Assembly (NCBI GenBank): GCA_965661855.1
Contig: CBFIFL010000004.1
Location: forward strand, 7,147 to 71,146
DNA: 64,000 nucleotides
From: Flavobacteriales bacterium
GTDB taxonomy: Bacteria > Bacteroidota > Bacteroidia > Flavobacteriales_C > CBFIFL01
Direction of reading: 5' to 3'
Below the pieces are notes generated by a model. It did not search any database. It saw nothing but the letters and a program-made list of their open reading frames with translations, and was not told where the DNA came from. Positions 30,177 through 41,056 of the stretch are shown piece by piece. The position numbers and the translations under genes are program-made. Numbering within the stretch: the stretch's first letter is position 1; every line of letters begins with the position of its first letter.

Positions 30177-31877
30177 ATGGGTGGAGGTAATTTGAGTCCT
30201 CGTCAACAGATGGTTGGTATGATGTATCTGGTGCTACTTGCCATGCTTGCTATGAACGCATCGAAATCGTTACTTAATGCATTCGTTATCTTAGAGGGTG
30301 GTATAAATGCCACAACAAAAAGTTTCAATGTAAATAATAATAATTACTATAATACTATTTCTAGAGCAGCAGCATCTTCACCAGCTTTCAAAGCTACTGA
30401 AGATAAGGCTTTTAAACTAAAGAAGTTAACCGATGAAGCATACCAGTTAATTGCTGATCAAAAAGTGTACTTATGGTCTGGTGGTGCAATAGAGTCTGCA
30501 GGGGATACTGTAGGGGGTAAAATGGCTCCGTTTTTAGATGATAAAGGAATTCCGTTGAACAAAGATAACCAGGATTTTGGTGCATCTTATCTAACTGTAA
30601 TTGAAGGAGGGAAAGCAGCGGATGAGCTAGAAGCTGCTATTAAAGCGGTTAAAGAGTTAGCGCTTCAGATGTTAAAAGAAGAAGGAGATGCATCTTTAGT
30701 TGATCCGATTATAGAAAGATATACAAAGTTATTAGACACAGAACCTGCAGTAGATTTAGTTCTTGCACCAACAGATCCTCCAGCAAGATTCTCTTACAGA
30801 ATTTCTTCGCATATGCCATTAGCGGCGGTAACTGCAAACTTGTCTCTTTATCAATCATATATCAGAAACTTGGAAGCTGAGGTAGTTTCTTTACTTGCTG
30901 AAAAAATGGGAGGTGAAGGTATAGTTGTGGATAAGTCCGAAGCAATGGCTTCCTTTGAAAACGGATATGTATTGAAGAATGATTCCGTTTTCGGTAAGGT
31001 GTTCGTTTCTGCATATAACTCGAAAATTGTTCCTGAAATTTATATTTGCGAACCAGATACAATGGCATTTAATGCTGCGAAAGGAGGCGTAATTAAGTTT
31101 CCTCCTGGTGTTGAGGCTAAGATGCCAATTATAGAGGGTAGTGAGGTGATTCAATTACCTGTTGCGCAAGGAAAAGGTCAATTTAGAGTTAAGGCAATGG
31201 AATTAGGAGTTCAAACATTAAGAGGTATCATTAAGCAGGTATCTCCAAAAGGAACTGATTTCATCATGTTTAACCAAGATTATATGGTCGCAGAACCAAG
31301 TGCTACGGTTGCGGCAACTGGTATGAACGTATTCTATATTGGTATACCTAACCCTGTTAAGATTGCAGCGTCAGGTGTTGCTGCTGATGATTTGAAGATT
31401 ACAGCAAAGGGACCGTTTAGAATCAAGGCCAAGAATGCTAAGAAAGGTGAGTACGAAGTGATGGCTTCTGAGCAATCAAGAAATGCTAAGATTATTGTAG
31501 GAAAACAAGATGGTACGAAACTTGGAGAACAAGAGTTTAGAATTAAGCGACTACCAAAACCGGTTCCTTCTATTATGAAGAAACAAGGTGGTACAATTTC
31601 AAAGGCGGAATTAGTGAATGCATCATATGTTAAAGCAGAAATGCAGAACTTTCCATTCGATATTGTCGTAAGAGTTAAATCTTTTACAATGACAGCTCAA
31701 ATTGGACAAAACTTAGTAGAGTTGAAGCAGAAGAATGGTTACACATTGACTGATCAAATGAAAAAAGCTTTGAAAAAAGTTAAGATTGGTGGAAAAGTGT
31801 GGTTTGAAGGTGTTAAAGCTACTATGCCTGATGGATCTGTAAAGGATATCGGTACAATTGCTTTAAAAGTTAGATAA
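30177..31877 (+). CDS. gldM: gliding motility/T9SS protein GldM (PorM family)
   Basis: The N-terminus (GGNLSPRQQMVGMMYLVLLAMLAMNASKSLLNAF) is highly similar to GldM. Confidence 0.9.
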   Translation: MGGGNLSPRQQMVGMMYLVLLAMLAMNASKSLLNAFVILEGGINATTKSFNVNNNNYYNTISRAAASSPAFKATEDKAFKLKKLTDEAYQLIADQKVYLWSGGAIESAGDTVGGKMAPFLDDKGIPLNKDNQDFGASYLTVIEGGKAADELEAAIKAVKELALQMLKEEGDASLVDPIIERYTKLLDTEPAVDLVLAPTDPPARFSYRISSHMPLAAVTANLSLYQSYIRNLEAEVVSLLAEKMGGEGIVVDKSEAMASFENGYVLKNDSVFGKVFVSAYNSKIVPEIYICEPDTMAFNAAKGGVIKFPPGVEAKMPIIEGSEVIQLPVAQGKGQFRVKAMELGVQTLRGIIKQVSPKGTDFIMFNQDYMVAEPSATVAATGMNVFYIGIPNPVKIAASGVAADDLKITAKGPFRIKAKNAKKGEYEVMASEQSRNAKIIVGKQDGTKLGEQEFRIKRLPKPVPSIMKKQGGTISKAELVNASYVKAEMQNFPFDIVVRVKSFTMTAQIGQNLVELKQKNGYTLTDQMKKALKKVKIGGKVWFEGVKATMPDGSVKDIGTIALKVR

Positions 31878-31891
31878 TAAAATTTAAGCGT

Positions 31892-32725
31892 ATGAAAAGG
31901 GTAGGAATATTATTAGTTGGATTGTTTGCTTTTGCATTTTCAAATGAGGTAGAAGCACAGAACGTGTTAGATGGTGTTTACATAAAACAACATGCTACAT
32001 CTAGAAGGGTTATTCCTTATACACATCTTCGTGAGGCTGACGTAATGTGGTCTAAAAGGGTTTGGAGAATTTTGGATATGAGAGAGAAAATCAATCATCC
32101 GTTATATTTCCCAATCTTTGAGATCAACGATAGAAAGTCTATGATTCAAGTTACTAGATCTGTAGCTGAAGAAGGGGTTGTTACTGCATTTAGTCCTTTT
32201 GACGATGAATTTAAGTTACCATTAAGTGTAACGGAGATTGAATCTATTGGAGTTACAGAAACAACTGTTGAAATTGAAGATCCTGAAACGTTTGAGATTA
32301 CTGAGAAAACGATTAAGAATGATTTTAACCCAGCTAATGTTAAACGTTACAGGTTAAAAGAAGACTATTTCTTTGACAAGCAGAAATCTGAATTGGATGT
32401 AAGAACGATTGGTCTTTGTCCTGTTTTAGAGAAGTACGATGAAAATGGTGAGTACAAAGGTGATTCAGATATGTTCTGGATTTACTACCCAGAAATTAGA
32501 ATGGTATATGCTAATGCTGAGGTGTACAATACTAGTAATGATTCTGAAAGAAGAACTATAGAAGATATCTTTTGGTCAAGACAATTTGCTACGTTCATCT
32601 ACAAAGAGAATAATGTATATGATCGTTTGATTTCTGAATACAAGGAAGGTTTAGATGCCTTGTTAGAAGGACAAAGAATTCATGAGGAAATCAGAGACTG
32701 GGAACAAGATCTTTGGGAGTACTAA
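31892..32725 (+). CDS. gldN: gliding motility/T9SS protein GldN (PorN family)
   Basis: Signal peptide. GldN-like sequence (YTHLREADVMWSKRVWRILDMREKINHPLYFP). Confidence 0.85.
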   Translation: MKRVGILLVGLFAFAFSNEVEAQNVLDGVYIKQHATSRRVIPYTHLREADVMWSKRVWRILDMREKINHPLYFPIFEINDRKSMIQVTRSVAEEGVVTAFSPFDDEFKLPLSVTEIESIGVTETTVEIEDPETFEITEKTIKNDFNPANVKRYRLKEDYFFDKQKSELDVRTIGLCPVLEKYDENGEYKGDSDMFWIYYPEIRMVYANAEVYNTSNDSERRTIEDIFWSRQFATFIYKENNVYDRLISEYKEGLDALLEGQRIHEEIRDWEQDLWEY

Positions 32726-32745
32726 TAAGAAGTTACAAGACACAA

Positions 32746-32778
32746 AAAAGGCTTACGATTATCGTAAGCCTTTTTTAT
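32746..32778. terminator. bidirectional rho-independent terminator between gldN and the convergent purD (aaaaggcttacgat-ta-atcgtaagcctttttt)
   Basis: About 13-bp stem flanked by A- and T-runs. Confidence 0.7.
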
Positions 32779-32795
32779 TTGCTTATGTTTTAAAC

Positions 32796-34076
32796 CTACA
32801 GATTAAGTAAGTCTTGTCCAATATCTTCTCTAAAGTTCATCTTCTCAAAAGATATCTTTTCAATACTAGTGTATGATTTATTCAAAGTATCCGCAATTGA
32901 ATCTCCAATTGAAGTAACGGCTAATACTCTACCTCCTGAAGTTAGTACTTGATCACTACTTAGTTTTGTTCCTGCGTGAAAGACAATACTATCTTCAACT
33001 GTTTTCAGTCCTGTTACTACTTTACCTTTTTCATACGCTTCTGGATATCCTCCCGAAACCATTATCACAGTTGAAGCACATCTTGAGTCTACTTCAAAAT
33101 CTCTTAACTGAAGATTCCCTTCTGCAACACCTTCAAATAAGTCCAATAAATCAGATTTAATTCGAGGTAATACTACTTCCGTTTCTGGATCACCCATTCT
33201 TACGTTGTATTCAATAACTTTTGGTTCACCCTTAACATTCATCAAGCCAATGAAAATGAAACCTTTATACCTCATTTCTTCTGCTTTGATTCCTTCCATT
33301 GTTGGCTTAACAACTTGCTCTTCCACTTTTTGAATAAATGCTTCGTCGGCAAAAGGTACCGGAGAAACAGCTCCCATACCACCTGTATTTAAACCAGTGT
33401 CACCTTCTCCAATTCTTTTATAATCTTTAGCAGCAGGTAAAATCTTATAGTTTCGACCATCTGTTAAAACGAAAACAGACAGCTCAATTCCATCTAAATA
33501 TTCTTCAATAACAACTTGAGAAGATGCAGCTCCAAACTTGGCATCTACCAACATGTTTTTTAGTTCTGTTTGAGCTTCTTCAAGATTGTCTAATATTAAC
33601 ACTCCTTTTCCTGCAGCTAATCCATCCGCTTTAAGTACGTAAGGTGCTTCTAGAGTCGAAAGGAATTCTTGTCCTTCTTTTAAGGTTTCAGAAGTAAATG
33701 TTTGATACTTAGCAGTAGGCACTCCATACTTCATCATGAATTGCTTGCTGAAGTCTTTTGAACCTTCCAGCATTGCACCTTCTTTATCTGGTCCTATAAC
33801 AGGTATATCAGCGATTTCCTTATCCATTAGAAAGAAATCATGTATTCCTTCAACTAATGGTGCTTCAGGTCCTACAACGACCATATTAACATCATTTGTC
33901 AAAACAAACTTTTTGATTCCCTTAAAGTCGGTTACAGACAAATCAATATTCTCTCCAAGTTCTGCTGTTCCAGCATTCCCAGGAGCGATGAATAACTTAT
34001 TCAAACGATCACTTTGTTTTAATTTCCAGGCAAAAGCATGTTCTCTTCCTCCAGATCCAATAATTAATATGTTCAT
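32796..34076 (-). CDS. purD: phosphoribosylamine--glycine ligase
   Basis: MNILIIGSGGREHAFAWKL and an ATP-grasp core. Confidence 0.92.
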   Translation of the reverse strand: MNILIIGSGGREHAFAWKLKQSDRLNKLFIAPGNAGTAELGENIDLSVTDFKGIKKFVLTNDVNMVVVGPEAPLVEGIHDFFLMDKEIADIPVIGPDKEGAMLEGSKDFSKQFMMKYGVPTAKYQTFTSETLKEGQEFLSTLEAPYVLKADGLAAGKGVLILDNLEEAQTELKNMLVDAKFGAASSQVVIEEYLDGIELSVFVLTDGRNYKILPAAKDYKRIGEGDTGLNTGGMGAVSPVPFADEAFIQKVEEQVVKPTMEGIKAEEMRYKGFIFIGLMNVKGEPKVIEYNVRMGDPETEVVLPRIKSDLLDLFEGVAEGNLQLRDFEVDSRCASTVIMVSGGYPEAYEKGKVVTGLKTVEDSIVFHAGTKLSSDQVLTSGGRVLAVTSIGDSIADTLNKSYTSIEKISFEKMNFREDIGQDLLNL

Positions 34077-34086
34077 AATAGTCCGT

Positions 34087-35625
34087 TTATAAAGGAATAT
34101 TCCCGTGTTTCTTTTTAGGTAACTTATCTACTTTGTTCTCCAACATTTTGAAAGCCTTGATTAATTTAATTCTCGTATTCTCAGGCTTTATTACTTCATC
34201 GATGTATCCTCTTGCAGCAGCTCGATAAGGATTAGCGAACATTTCATTGTACTCATCTTCCTTTTCTTTCAGTTTCGCAGCAGGATCATTGGCTGCTTTG
34301 ATTTCATTTCTAAAGATGATTTCAGCAGCACCTTTTGCTCCCATAACAGCAATTTCAGCTGTAGGCCATGCAAAGTTCATATCTGCACCAATGTGCTTAG
34401 AGTTCATTACGTCGTAGGCACCTCCATAAGCCTTTCGAGTAATTACAGTAATTCTAGGAACAGTAGCTTCACAGAAAGCATAAAGTAATTTAGCTCCATT
34501 TGTAATAATTCCATTCCATTCTTGATCTGTTCCTGGTAAGAAACCTGGTACATCTTCGAAAACTAAAAGTGGAATATTAAAAGCATCACAGAATCTAACA
34601 AAACGGGCAGCTTTATTAGACGATTTGATGTCAAGTACACCAGCTAAAAATGCAGGTTGGTTAGCAACAATACCGATACTCTTCCCTCCTAAACGAGCAA
34701 ATCCTACAACGATGTTTTCTGCATAGTCTTTATGCACCTCTAAAAATGAATCTGCATCAACTGTATCAGCAATTACATCTTTAATATCGTAAGGTGTATT
34801 TGCACTTTCTGGAATTATAGTATTTAAATTCTCGCGCTTTTCATCACCGATAGTGTAGTCTAAATCCGGAGCTTTATCTTCACAGTTTTGAGGCATGTAT
34901 GATAGCAATTGCTTCATGTGATTGATGCAAGCTATTTCATTTGCGTTTGTAAAGTGAGTTACACCAGACTTAACAGAGTGAGCAGAAGCTCCTCCTAAAT
35001 CTTCAGCACTTACTTCTTCATGAGTTACTGTCTTTACAACATTCGGACCTGTAACGAACATGTATGAAGTGTCTTCTACCATTGAGATAAAATCAGTGAT
35101 AGCAGGAGAGTATACTGCTCCTCCAGCACAAGGTCCCATGATCGCTGAAAGCTGAGGGATAACTCCTGATGCTAATGTGTTCTTATAAAAGATGTCTGCA
35201 TAACCAGCCAAGGATACAACTCCCTCCTGAATTCTTGCACCACCCGAATCATTTAATCCAATTACAGGAGCACCATTTTTAATGGCCAAGTCCATGATCT
35301 TACAGATTTTTTCAGCAAATGCTTCTGACAAAGAACCTCCATATACTGTAAAGTCTTGCGAGAATACATAAACCAATCGACCATGAATAGTTCCATATCC
35401 AGTGATTACACCATCACCTAAAAATCGTTCTCTGTCCATTCCGAACTCAGTAGTTCTAGAAGTAACAAACTTTCCTATTTCTTCAAAAGAACCTTCATCT
35501 AATAAGAAATGAAGCCTTTCTCTTGCAGTAAGCTTTCCTTTTTTGTGTTGTGATTCAATTCTCTTTTCACCACCACCAAGTTCAGCTTCTTTATTCTTCT
35601 CAACTAATAATTGATATTTATCCAT
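34087..35625 (-). CDS. acyl-CoA carboxylase carboxyltransferase subunit (propionyl-/methylmalonyl-CoA carboxyltransferase beta-type)
   Basis: The full length resembles PccB/AccD5-type carboxyltransferases ([18 protein letters not shown]). Confidence 0.8.
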   Translation of the reverse strand: MDKYQLLVEKNKEAELGGGEKRIESQHKKGKLTARERLHFLLDEGSFEEIGKFVTSRTTEFGMDRERFLGDGVITGYGTIHGRLVYVFSQDFTVYGGSLSEAFAEKICKIMDLAIKNGAPVIGLNDSGGARIQEGVVSLAGYADIFYKNTLASGVIPQLSAIMGPCAGGAVYSPAITDFISMVEDTSYMFVTGPNVVKTVTHEEVSAEDLGGASAHSVKSGVTHFTNANEIACINHMKQLLSYMPQNCEDKAPDLDYTIGDEKRENLNTIIPESANTPYDIKDVIADTVDADSFLEVHKDYAENIVVGFARLGGKSIGIVANQPAFLAGVLDIKSSNKAARFVRFCDAFNIPLLVFEDVPGFLPGTDQEWNGIITNGAKLLYAFCEATVPRITVITRKAYGGAYDVMNSKHIGADMNFAWPTAEIAVMGAKGAAEIIFRNEIKAANDPAAKLKEKEDEYNEMFANPYRAAARGYIDEVIKPENTRIKLIKAFKMLENKVDKLPKKKHGNIPL

Positions 35626-35758
35626 AACAATAGTTCGATTTGCTGCAAAAATACAAAAACAAGAGGCAAGAATTAATTGGAGATATCAACGAGAATCAAC
35701 TTGTTGAAAGAATGAAGATTAAGTATTTTTGCAGCTCAATAATTTAGAATTAAAAGAT

Positions 35759-36952
35759 ATGTACGGAGCACTTAAAGACCAATTGGCGGAAGAGTTGAAA
35801 AACATTGACGATGCAGGGTTGTTCAAAAGAGAAAGAATCATTGTTAATCCTCAAGGAGCTAGTATTAAAGTTAACTCGGGAAATGAAGTACTAAACTTTT
35901 GTGCTAATAATTACTTAGGGCTTTCTTCACATCCTGATGTAGTTCAAGCTGCAAAAGAAGGGTTAGATAGCCATGGTTTTGGTATGTCTTCTGTAAGATT
36001 TATCTGTGGAACTCAAGATATTCATAAAGAGTTAGAAGAGAAGATTGCTGCATTTGTGGGGCAAGAAGACGCTATATTATATGCTGCAGCATTTGATGCA
36101 AACGGTGGAGTTTTTGAACCATTGTTTACTAAAGAAGATGCGATTATCTCGGATGAGTTAAATCACGCGTCTATTATTGATGGAGTTAGATTGTGTAAAG
36201 CACAACGATACCGTTACAAGAATTCAGATATGGCTGATCTTGAAGCTCAGTTAATCAAGGCTCAGGATCAAAGAAATAGAATCATTGTTACTGACGGAGT
36301 TTTCTCAATGGATGGAAACATTGCAAAGTTGAATGAGATTTGTGATTTAGCAGATAAATATGACGCTTTAGTAATGATTGACGAATGTCACGCGACAGGG
36401 TTTGTTGGAAAGACAGGAAGAGGATCTCATGAGTACCATAACGTTATGGACAGAGTAGATATCGTTACTGGAACATTTGGTAAAGCTTTAGGAGGTGCTA
36501 TGGGAGGATTCACAGCAGCTAAAAAAGAAATTGTTGAGATGTTGAGACAAAGGTCAAGACCTTATTTATTCTCCAACTCATTGGCACCGTCAATTGTAAC
36601 GGCAGCCTTAAAGGTGTTAGATATTCTAAATGAATCAACAACTTTAAGAGATAGAGTAGAAGAGAATGCATCTTACTTTAGAGAGAAGATGACAGAGGCA
36701 GGTTTCGACTTAAGAGGAGCTGATCATGCTATCATTCCAATTATGGTTTATGATGCAAAAGTTTCTCAGGTGTTCGCAGAGAAATTATTGGAAGAAGGAA
36801 TTTATGTTATCGGATTCTTTTTCCCTGTAGTACCAAAGGATTTAGCAAGAATTAGAGTGCAGTTATCGGCCGCTCATACAAGAGAACAATTGGATAAAGC
36901 TATAGCTGCTTTTATCAAGGTTGGAAAAGAAATTGGAGTTATCAACAAATAA
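35759..36952 (+). CDS. kbl: glycine C-acetyltransferase (2-amino-3-ketobutyrate CoA ligase)
   Basis: Aligns to Kbl from MYGALKDQL.../GLFKRERII onward, with the PLP-lysine region (TFGKALGG). The ORF-track start at 35729 is a TTG; the ATG at 35759 is preferred. Confidence 0.8.
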   Translation: MYGALKDQLAEELKNIDDAGLFKRERIIVNPQGASIKVNSGNEVLNFCANNYLGLSSHPDVVQAAKEGLDSHGFGMSSVRFICGTQDIHKELEEKIAAFVGQEDAILYAAAFDANGGVFEPLFTKEDAIISDELNHASIIDGVRLCKAQRYRYKNSDMADLEAQLIKAQDQRNRIIVTDGVFSMDGNIAKLNEICDLADKYDALVMIDECHATGFVGKTGRGSHEYHNVMDRVDIVTGTFGKALGGAMGGFTAAKKEIVEMLRQRSRPYLFSNSLAPSIVTAALKVLDILNESTTLRDRVEENASYFREKMTEAGFDLRGADHAIIPIMVYDAKVSQVFAEKLLEEGIYVIGFFFPVVPKDLARIRVQLSAAHTREQLDKAIAAFIKVGKEIGVINK

Positions 36953-36963
36953 TCTGTTGATAA

Positions 36964-36996
36964 TTTGGGAATTGTAAAAACATTTAAGTAACTTTG
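36964..36996 (+). promoter_or_regulatory. Bacteroidetes sigma-A type promoter for the rplM operon
   Basis: TTTG (36964-67), a 21-nt spacer, then TAacTTTG (36989-96). A small GC hairpin (gcgtcccc-tttc-gggga) follows at about 36997-37014, near the predicted mRNA 5' end. Confidence 0.45.
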
Positions 36997-37043
36997 CGTC
37001 CCCTTTCGGGGGAGTGAATTTTATAATTAAAGATCTTATACTA

Positions 37044-37499
37044 GTGGATACATTAAGTTACAAGACAGTGTCAGCGAATAAAGCAACAGTTAACAAAGAG
37101 TGGTTGCTTGTGGATGCGGAGAACGAAACTCTTGGTAGATTAGCATCTAAAGTTGCTAAAATGATCAGAGGAAAAAACAAAACTAACTATACACCTCACG
37201 TAGATTGTGGTGACAACGTTGTAATCATCAACGCTGAAAAGATTGTTTTGAAAGGAAATAAGTGGGAGACTAAAGAGTATGTTAGGCATACAGGTCATCC
37301 AGGTGGACAGAGAATCCTTACAGCGAGAGAGGTAATGGAGAAAAAGCCTACTGCAGTTGTTGAAAAGGCAGTTAAAGGTATGTTACCTAAAAACAAATTA
37401 GGAAGAGCTCTTGCACAAAACTTATATGTTTATGCAGGAACTGAGCACGGACAAGAGGCTCAATCTCCTAAAAAAATCAACTTAAACGATATTAAGTAG
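37044..37499 (+). CDS. rplM: 50S ribosomal protein L13
   Basis: VDTLSYKTVSANKATVNKEWLLVDAE... with a probable GTG start at 37044. The ORF-track start at 37014 adds a non-conserved extension. Confidence 0.85.
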   Translation: MDTLSYKTVSANKATVNKEWLLVDAENETLGRLASKVAKMIRGKNKTNYTPHVDCGDNVVIINAEKIVLKGNKWETKEYVRHTGHPGGQRILTAREVMEKKPTAVVEKAVKGMLPKNKLGRALAQNLYVYAGTEHGQEAQSPKKINLNDIK

Positions 37500-37503
37500 T
37501 ATC

Positions 37504-37890
37504 ATGGAAATTATCAATACTATAGGAAGAAGAAAGACTGCTGTAGCTAGAATCTACATGTCTGAAGGAAGTGGAACAATCACTATCAATAAGAAAGACT
37601 ACAAAGAGTATTTCGCTGCACCAACGTTACAATACAAAATTGACCAAGCGTTCAACATTACTGACCTAGTTGGAAAATTTGACGTTAAAGTAAATGTTGA
37701 CGGTGGAGGAATTACTGGTCAAGCAGAAGCTATTCGTTTAGCAATTTCTAGAGCATTATGTGAACTTGATGCTGAGTTAAGACCTTCATTGAAAGCTGAA
37801 GGATTATTAACAAGAGATCCAAGAATGGTGGAGAGAAAGAAGCCAGGTCAAAAGAAAGCGAGAAAGAAATTTCAGTTCTCGAAGCGTTAA
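37504..37890 (+). CDS. rpsI: 30S ribosomal protein S9
   Basis: GRRKTAVARI...GGGITGQAEAIRLAISRAL...ERKKPGQKKARKKFQFSKR. Confidence 0.95.
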   Translation: MEIINTIGRRKTAVARIYMSEGSGTITINKKDYKEYFAAPTLQYKIDQAFNITDLVGKFDVKVNVDGGGITGQAEAIRLAISRALCELDAELRPSLKAEGLLTRDPRMVERKKPGQKKARKKFQFSKR

Positions 37891-37922
37891 TATTTGGTTA
37901 TTTATTGAAAGAGTTTTAGAAA

Positions 37923-38672
37923 ATGGCAAACGTACAATATACAGAATTACTAGAAGCAGGTGTACACTTTGGTCACTTGACAAGAAAGTGGAACCCAAAA
38001 ATGGCTCCTTACATCTTCATGGAGAAGAATGGTATTCATATCATTGATCTTCATAAGACAGTAGCTAAGTTGGATGAGGCTTCTACTCAGTTAAAGCAAA
38101 TCGCTAAGTCTGGGAAAAAAGTTCTTTTCGTAGCTACAAAAAACCAAGCTAAATCAGTTGTTTCTGAATTAGTTGGTAAAACAGGTATGCCTTTCATTAC
38201 TGAGAGATGGTCAGGTGGAATGCTTACTAACTTTGCTACTATTAGAAAAGCAGTTAAGAAAATGAAGTCTATCGAAAAGATGGAAGTAGACGGAACTTTC
38301 GAGAACATTTCTAAGAAAGAAAGATTACAATTTACAAGACAAAAGGATAAATTAAATACGAACCTTGGTTCTATCGCTGATTTAACAAGATTACCTGCTG
38401 CAATCTTTGTAGTAGATATCACTAAAGAGCACATTGCTGTTAAAGAAGCTAAGAAGTTAGGTATTCCTTGTTACGCTATCGTTGATACGAATTCAGATCC
38501 TACATCTGTGGATTTCCCAATCCCGGCTAATGATGATAGTTCTGTTTCTATTGAAGCGGTATTAAACGTTGTTTGTTCTGCAATGCAGGAAGGTTTAGAA
38601 GAAAGAAAAGCTGCTAAATCTGAGCCAAAAGCTGCTCCAGCAAAAGAAGAAGACAAGGCTGAAGTAAAATAA
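37923..38672 (+). CDS. rpsB: 30S ribosomal protein S2
   Basis: LLEAGVHFGHLTRKWNPKMAPYIF. Confidence 0.95.
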   Translation: MANVQYTELLEAGVHFGHLTRKWNPKMAPYIFMEKNGIHIIDLHKTVAKLDEASTQLKQIAKSGKKVLFVATKNQAKSVVSELVGKTGMPFITERWSGGMLTNFATIRKAVKKMKSIEKMEVDGTFENISKKERLQFTRQKDKLNTNLGSIADLTRLPAAIFVVDITKEHIAVKEAKKLGIPCYAIVDTNSDPTSVDFPIPANDDSSVSIEAVLNVVCSAMQEGLEERKAAKSEPKAAPAKEEDKAEVK

Positions 38673-38701
38673 TTTAGTAAGAACTTATAAAATTTAAGAA
38701 A

Positions 38702-39532
38702 ATGGCAACAGTAACTATTACTGCATCTGACGTAGCTAAGTTGAGAAAAACAACTGGAGCAGGAATGATGGATTGTAAGAAAGCTTTAACTGAAGCAGAA
38801 GGTGACTTCGACGAAGCAGTTTTAATTCTTAGAAAAAAAGGACAAAAAGTAGCTGCTAAGAGAGCAGACAGAGATGCTACGGAAGGTCATGTTACTGCTA
38901 AGAGCGTTGGAAACTTTGGTATCCTAATGACTCTTAACTGTGAAACTGATTTCGTTGCACAAAATGCTGATTTTATCGCATTGGCTGATAAATTCATGGA
39001 TATTGCGATCACTAATAAAGTAGAGAATGCTGAGGCTCTTATGTCTTTAGAATTTGAAGCTGGTGTAACGGTAGCTGAGAAAATTATCGAGCAAACTGGT
39101 GTTATCGGTGAGAAATTAGAGATCTCTTGTGTAGAAGTAATTTCTGCTGAGTCTGTAGTTGCTTACAACCACCCAGGAAATAACGTTGCTTCTTTAGTTG
39201 GATTTAACCAAGCTATCGAAGATGACACTACACTAAGAGTAGTAGCAATGCAAGTTGCAGCTATGAACCCTATCGCTTTAAATGAAGACGCAGTAGATGC
39301 TGAAACGAAAGAAAGAGAGTTCAACTTAGGAAAAGAGCAAGCGTTGAAAGAAGGGAAACCTGAAAACATCGTTGATAAGGTTGCAGAAGGTAAAGTGAAG
39401 AAATTCTTGAAAGAGAATACTTTAGTTAACCAACCATGTATCAAAGACAACAAGTCATCTGTAGCTCAATACTTAGACAAAGCGTCTAAAGGTTTAGTTG
39501 CAACTGCTTTCAGAAGATATTCTTTAAGCTAG
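38702..39532 (+). CDS. tsf: elongation factor Ts
   Basis: LRKTTGAGMMDCKKAL with a UBA-like N-terminus. Confidence 0.93.
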   Translation: MATVTITASDVAKLRKTTGAGMMDCKKALTEAEGDFDEAVLILRKKGQKVAAKRADRDATEGHVTAKSVGNFGILMTLNCETDFVAQNADFIALADKFMDIAITNKVENAEALMSLEFEAGVTVAEKIIEQTGVIGEKLEISCVEVISAESVVAYNHPGNNVASLVGFNQAIEDDTTLRVVAMQVAAMNPIALNEDAVDAETKEREFNLGKEQALKEGKPENIVDKVAEGKVKKFLKENTLVNQPCIKDNKSSVAQYLDKASKGLVATAFRRYSLS

Positions 39533-39554
39533 TCAAGTAGATATAAAATTCAGG

Positions 39555-39587
39555 AAAGCGATCACCTCAAGGTGATCGCTTTTTTTG
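39555..39587 (+). terminator. rho-independent terminator after tsf (aagcgatcacc-tcaa-ggtgatcgctt + T7)
   Basis: 11-bp perfect stem. Confidence 0.75.
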
Positions 39588-39718
39588 TGTCATAAAATTC
39601 TGAACTTACTGTAGCCTTCTATTGATAATGGTTCTGAAGGTTCTAGAATAAGTATGACATTCAAGTCATAAACTCTAAAGCCTTTTCCTTATTTTTGCGA
39701 CAGTCCAATTTGATCAAT

Positions 39719-40426
39719 ATGAAGTATAAAAGAATCCTTTTAAAGTTAAGTGGTGAAGCCTTGATGGGTAGTCAAGATTTTGGAATCGACCCAAGTCGAT
39801 TAGCGCAATATGCTGCAGAGGTTAAGAAAGTAGTCGATTCAGGTGTTGAAGTTGCTATTGTAATCGGAGGAGGAAACATTTACAGAGGTATTCAAGCTGA
39901 AGAAAGTGGAATCGAAAGAGTTCAAGGAGACTATATGGGAATGTTAGCTACGGTAATGAACGGAATGGCTTTACAATCTGCTATTGAAACAACAGGTGTG
40001 AAGACTCGTTTATTGACTGCGATTAAAATGGAGCAAATTGCTGAGCCTTATATCAAAAGAAGAGCTGTTCGTCACCTTGAAAAAGGGAGAGTGGTAATCT
40101 TTGGTGCTGGTACTGGTAACCCATATTTTACTACTGATACGGCAGCAACATTAAGAGCAATCGAAGTGGAAGCTGATGTTATCTTGAAAGGAACTAGAGT
40201 AGATGGTATCTATAACACAGATCCAGAGAAAGATGCAAACGCAGTGAAGTATAACACGATTAGTTTCTCAGAAGTGTATGAGAAAGGTCTTAACGTTATG
40301 GATTTAACAGCGTTTACGCTTTGTAACGAGAATAAGCTACCGATTATCGTATTTGATATGAATAAGCCAGGAAACCTTGAAAGAGTGGTTACTGGAGAAG
40401 AAATTGGAACATTAGTTGAATTTTAA
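39719..40426 (+). CDS. pyrH: UMP kinase
   Basis: [15 protein letters not shown]...; start set to the ATG at 39719. Confidence 0.92.
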   Translation: MKYKRILLKLSGEALMGSQDFGIDPSRLAQYAAEVKKVVDSGVEVAIVIGGGNIYRGIQAEESGIERVQGDYMGMLATVMNGMALQSAIETTGVKTRLLTAIKMEQIAEPYIKRRAVRHLEKGRVVIFGAGTGNPYFTTDTAATLRAIEVEADVILKGTRVDGIYNTDPEKDANAVKYNTISFSEVYEKGLNVMDLTAFTLCNENKLPIIVFDMNKPGNLERVVTGEEIGTLVEF

Positions 40427-40435
40427 TATTGAACC

Positions 40436-40999
40436 ATGACTGAAGAAATACAATTTGAATTAGATAGTGCTAAGGAATCAATGGAGAAGGCCTTAGAAAG
40501 ACTAAACAGAGAACTGACTAAGATTAGAGCTGGAAAGGCAAACCCATCTATGTTAGGAGGTGTTATGGTTGATTATTATGGTTCTCAAACACCTTTATCT
40601 CAGGTTGCAAATGTAGGTACTGCAGATGCGATGACTTTATCCGTTAAACCTTGGGAAAAGCCGATGCTAGATCCAATCTGTAAAGCAATTATAGATTCTA
40701 ACCTAGGTTTAAATCCACAGAACAATGGAGAGGTTGTATTAATTTCCGTTCCTGTTTTAACAGAGGAAAGAAGAAAGGATCTTGCTAAACAAGCAAAGGG
40801 AGAAGGAGAGCATGCAAAGGTTTCGGTTAGAAATGCAAGAAGAGATGCTAACGAAGCTGTTAAGAAGATGCAGAAAGACGGTTTAGCTGAAGATATGGCT
40901 AAAGGTGCAGAATCTGAGGTTCAAGATTTAACGAATTCTTACGTAACGAAAATTGAAGAATTAATAGCTGCTAAAGAAGCAGATATTATGAAGGTTTAA
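40436..40999 (+). CDS. frr: ribosome recycling factor
   Basis: Full-length resemblance to RRF. Confidence 0.93.
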   Translation: MTEEIQFELDSAKESMEKALERLNRELTKIRAGKANPSMLGGVMVDYYGSQTPLSQVANVGTADAMTLSVKPWEKPMLDPICKAIIDSNLGLNPQNNGEVVLISVPVLTEERRKDLAKQAKGEGEHAKVSVRNARRDANEAVKKMQKDGLAEDMAKGAESEVQDLTNSYVTKIEELIAAKEADIMKV

Positions 41000-41023
41000 T
41001 ACTTCTAGATATAATATTATTTG

Positions 41024-41056
41024 AAAGGACTTTCTGAAAAGAAGGTCCTTTTTTTA
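41024..41056. terminator. bidirectional terminator between frr and the convergent 41054..41485 gene
   Basis: ggactttc-tgaaaa-gaaggtcc with one G-U pair, then T7. Confidence 0.6.

Noticed and set aside
38087-39453. Antisense ORFs within rpsB and tsf (115, 61, 96 aa)
   Set aside because: They are reverse-frame artefacts of highly expressed conserved genes.
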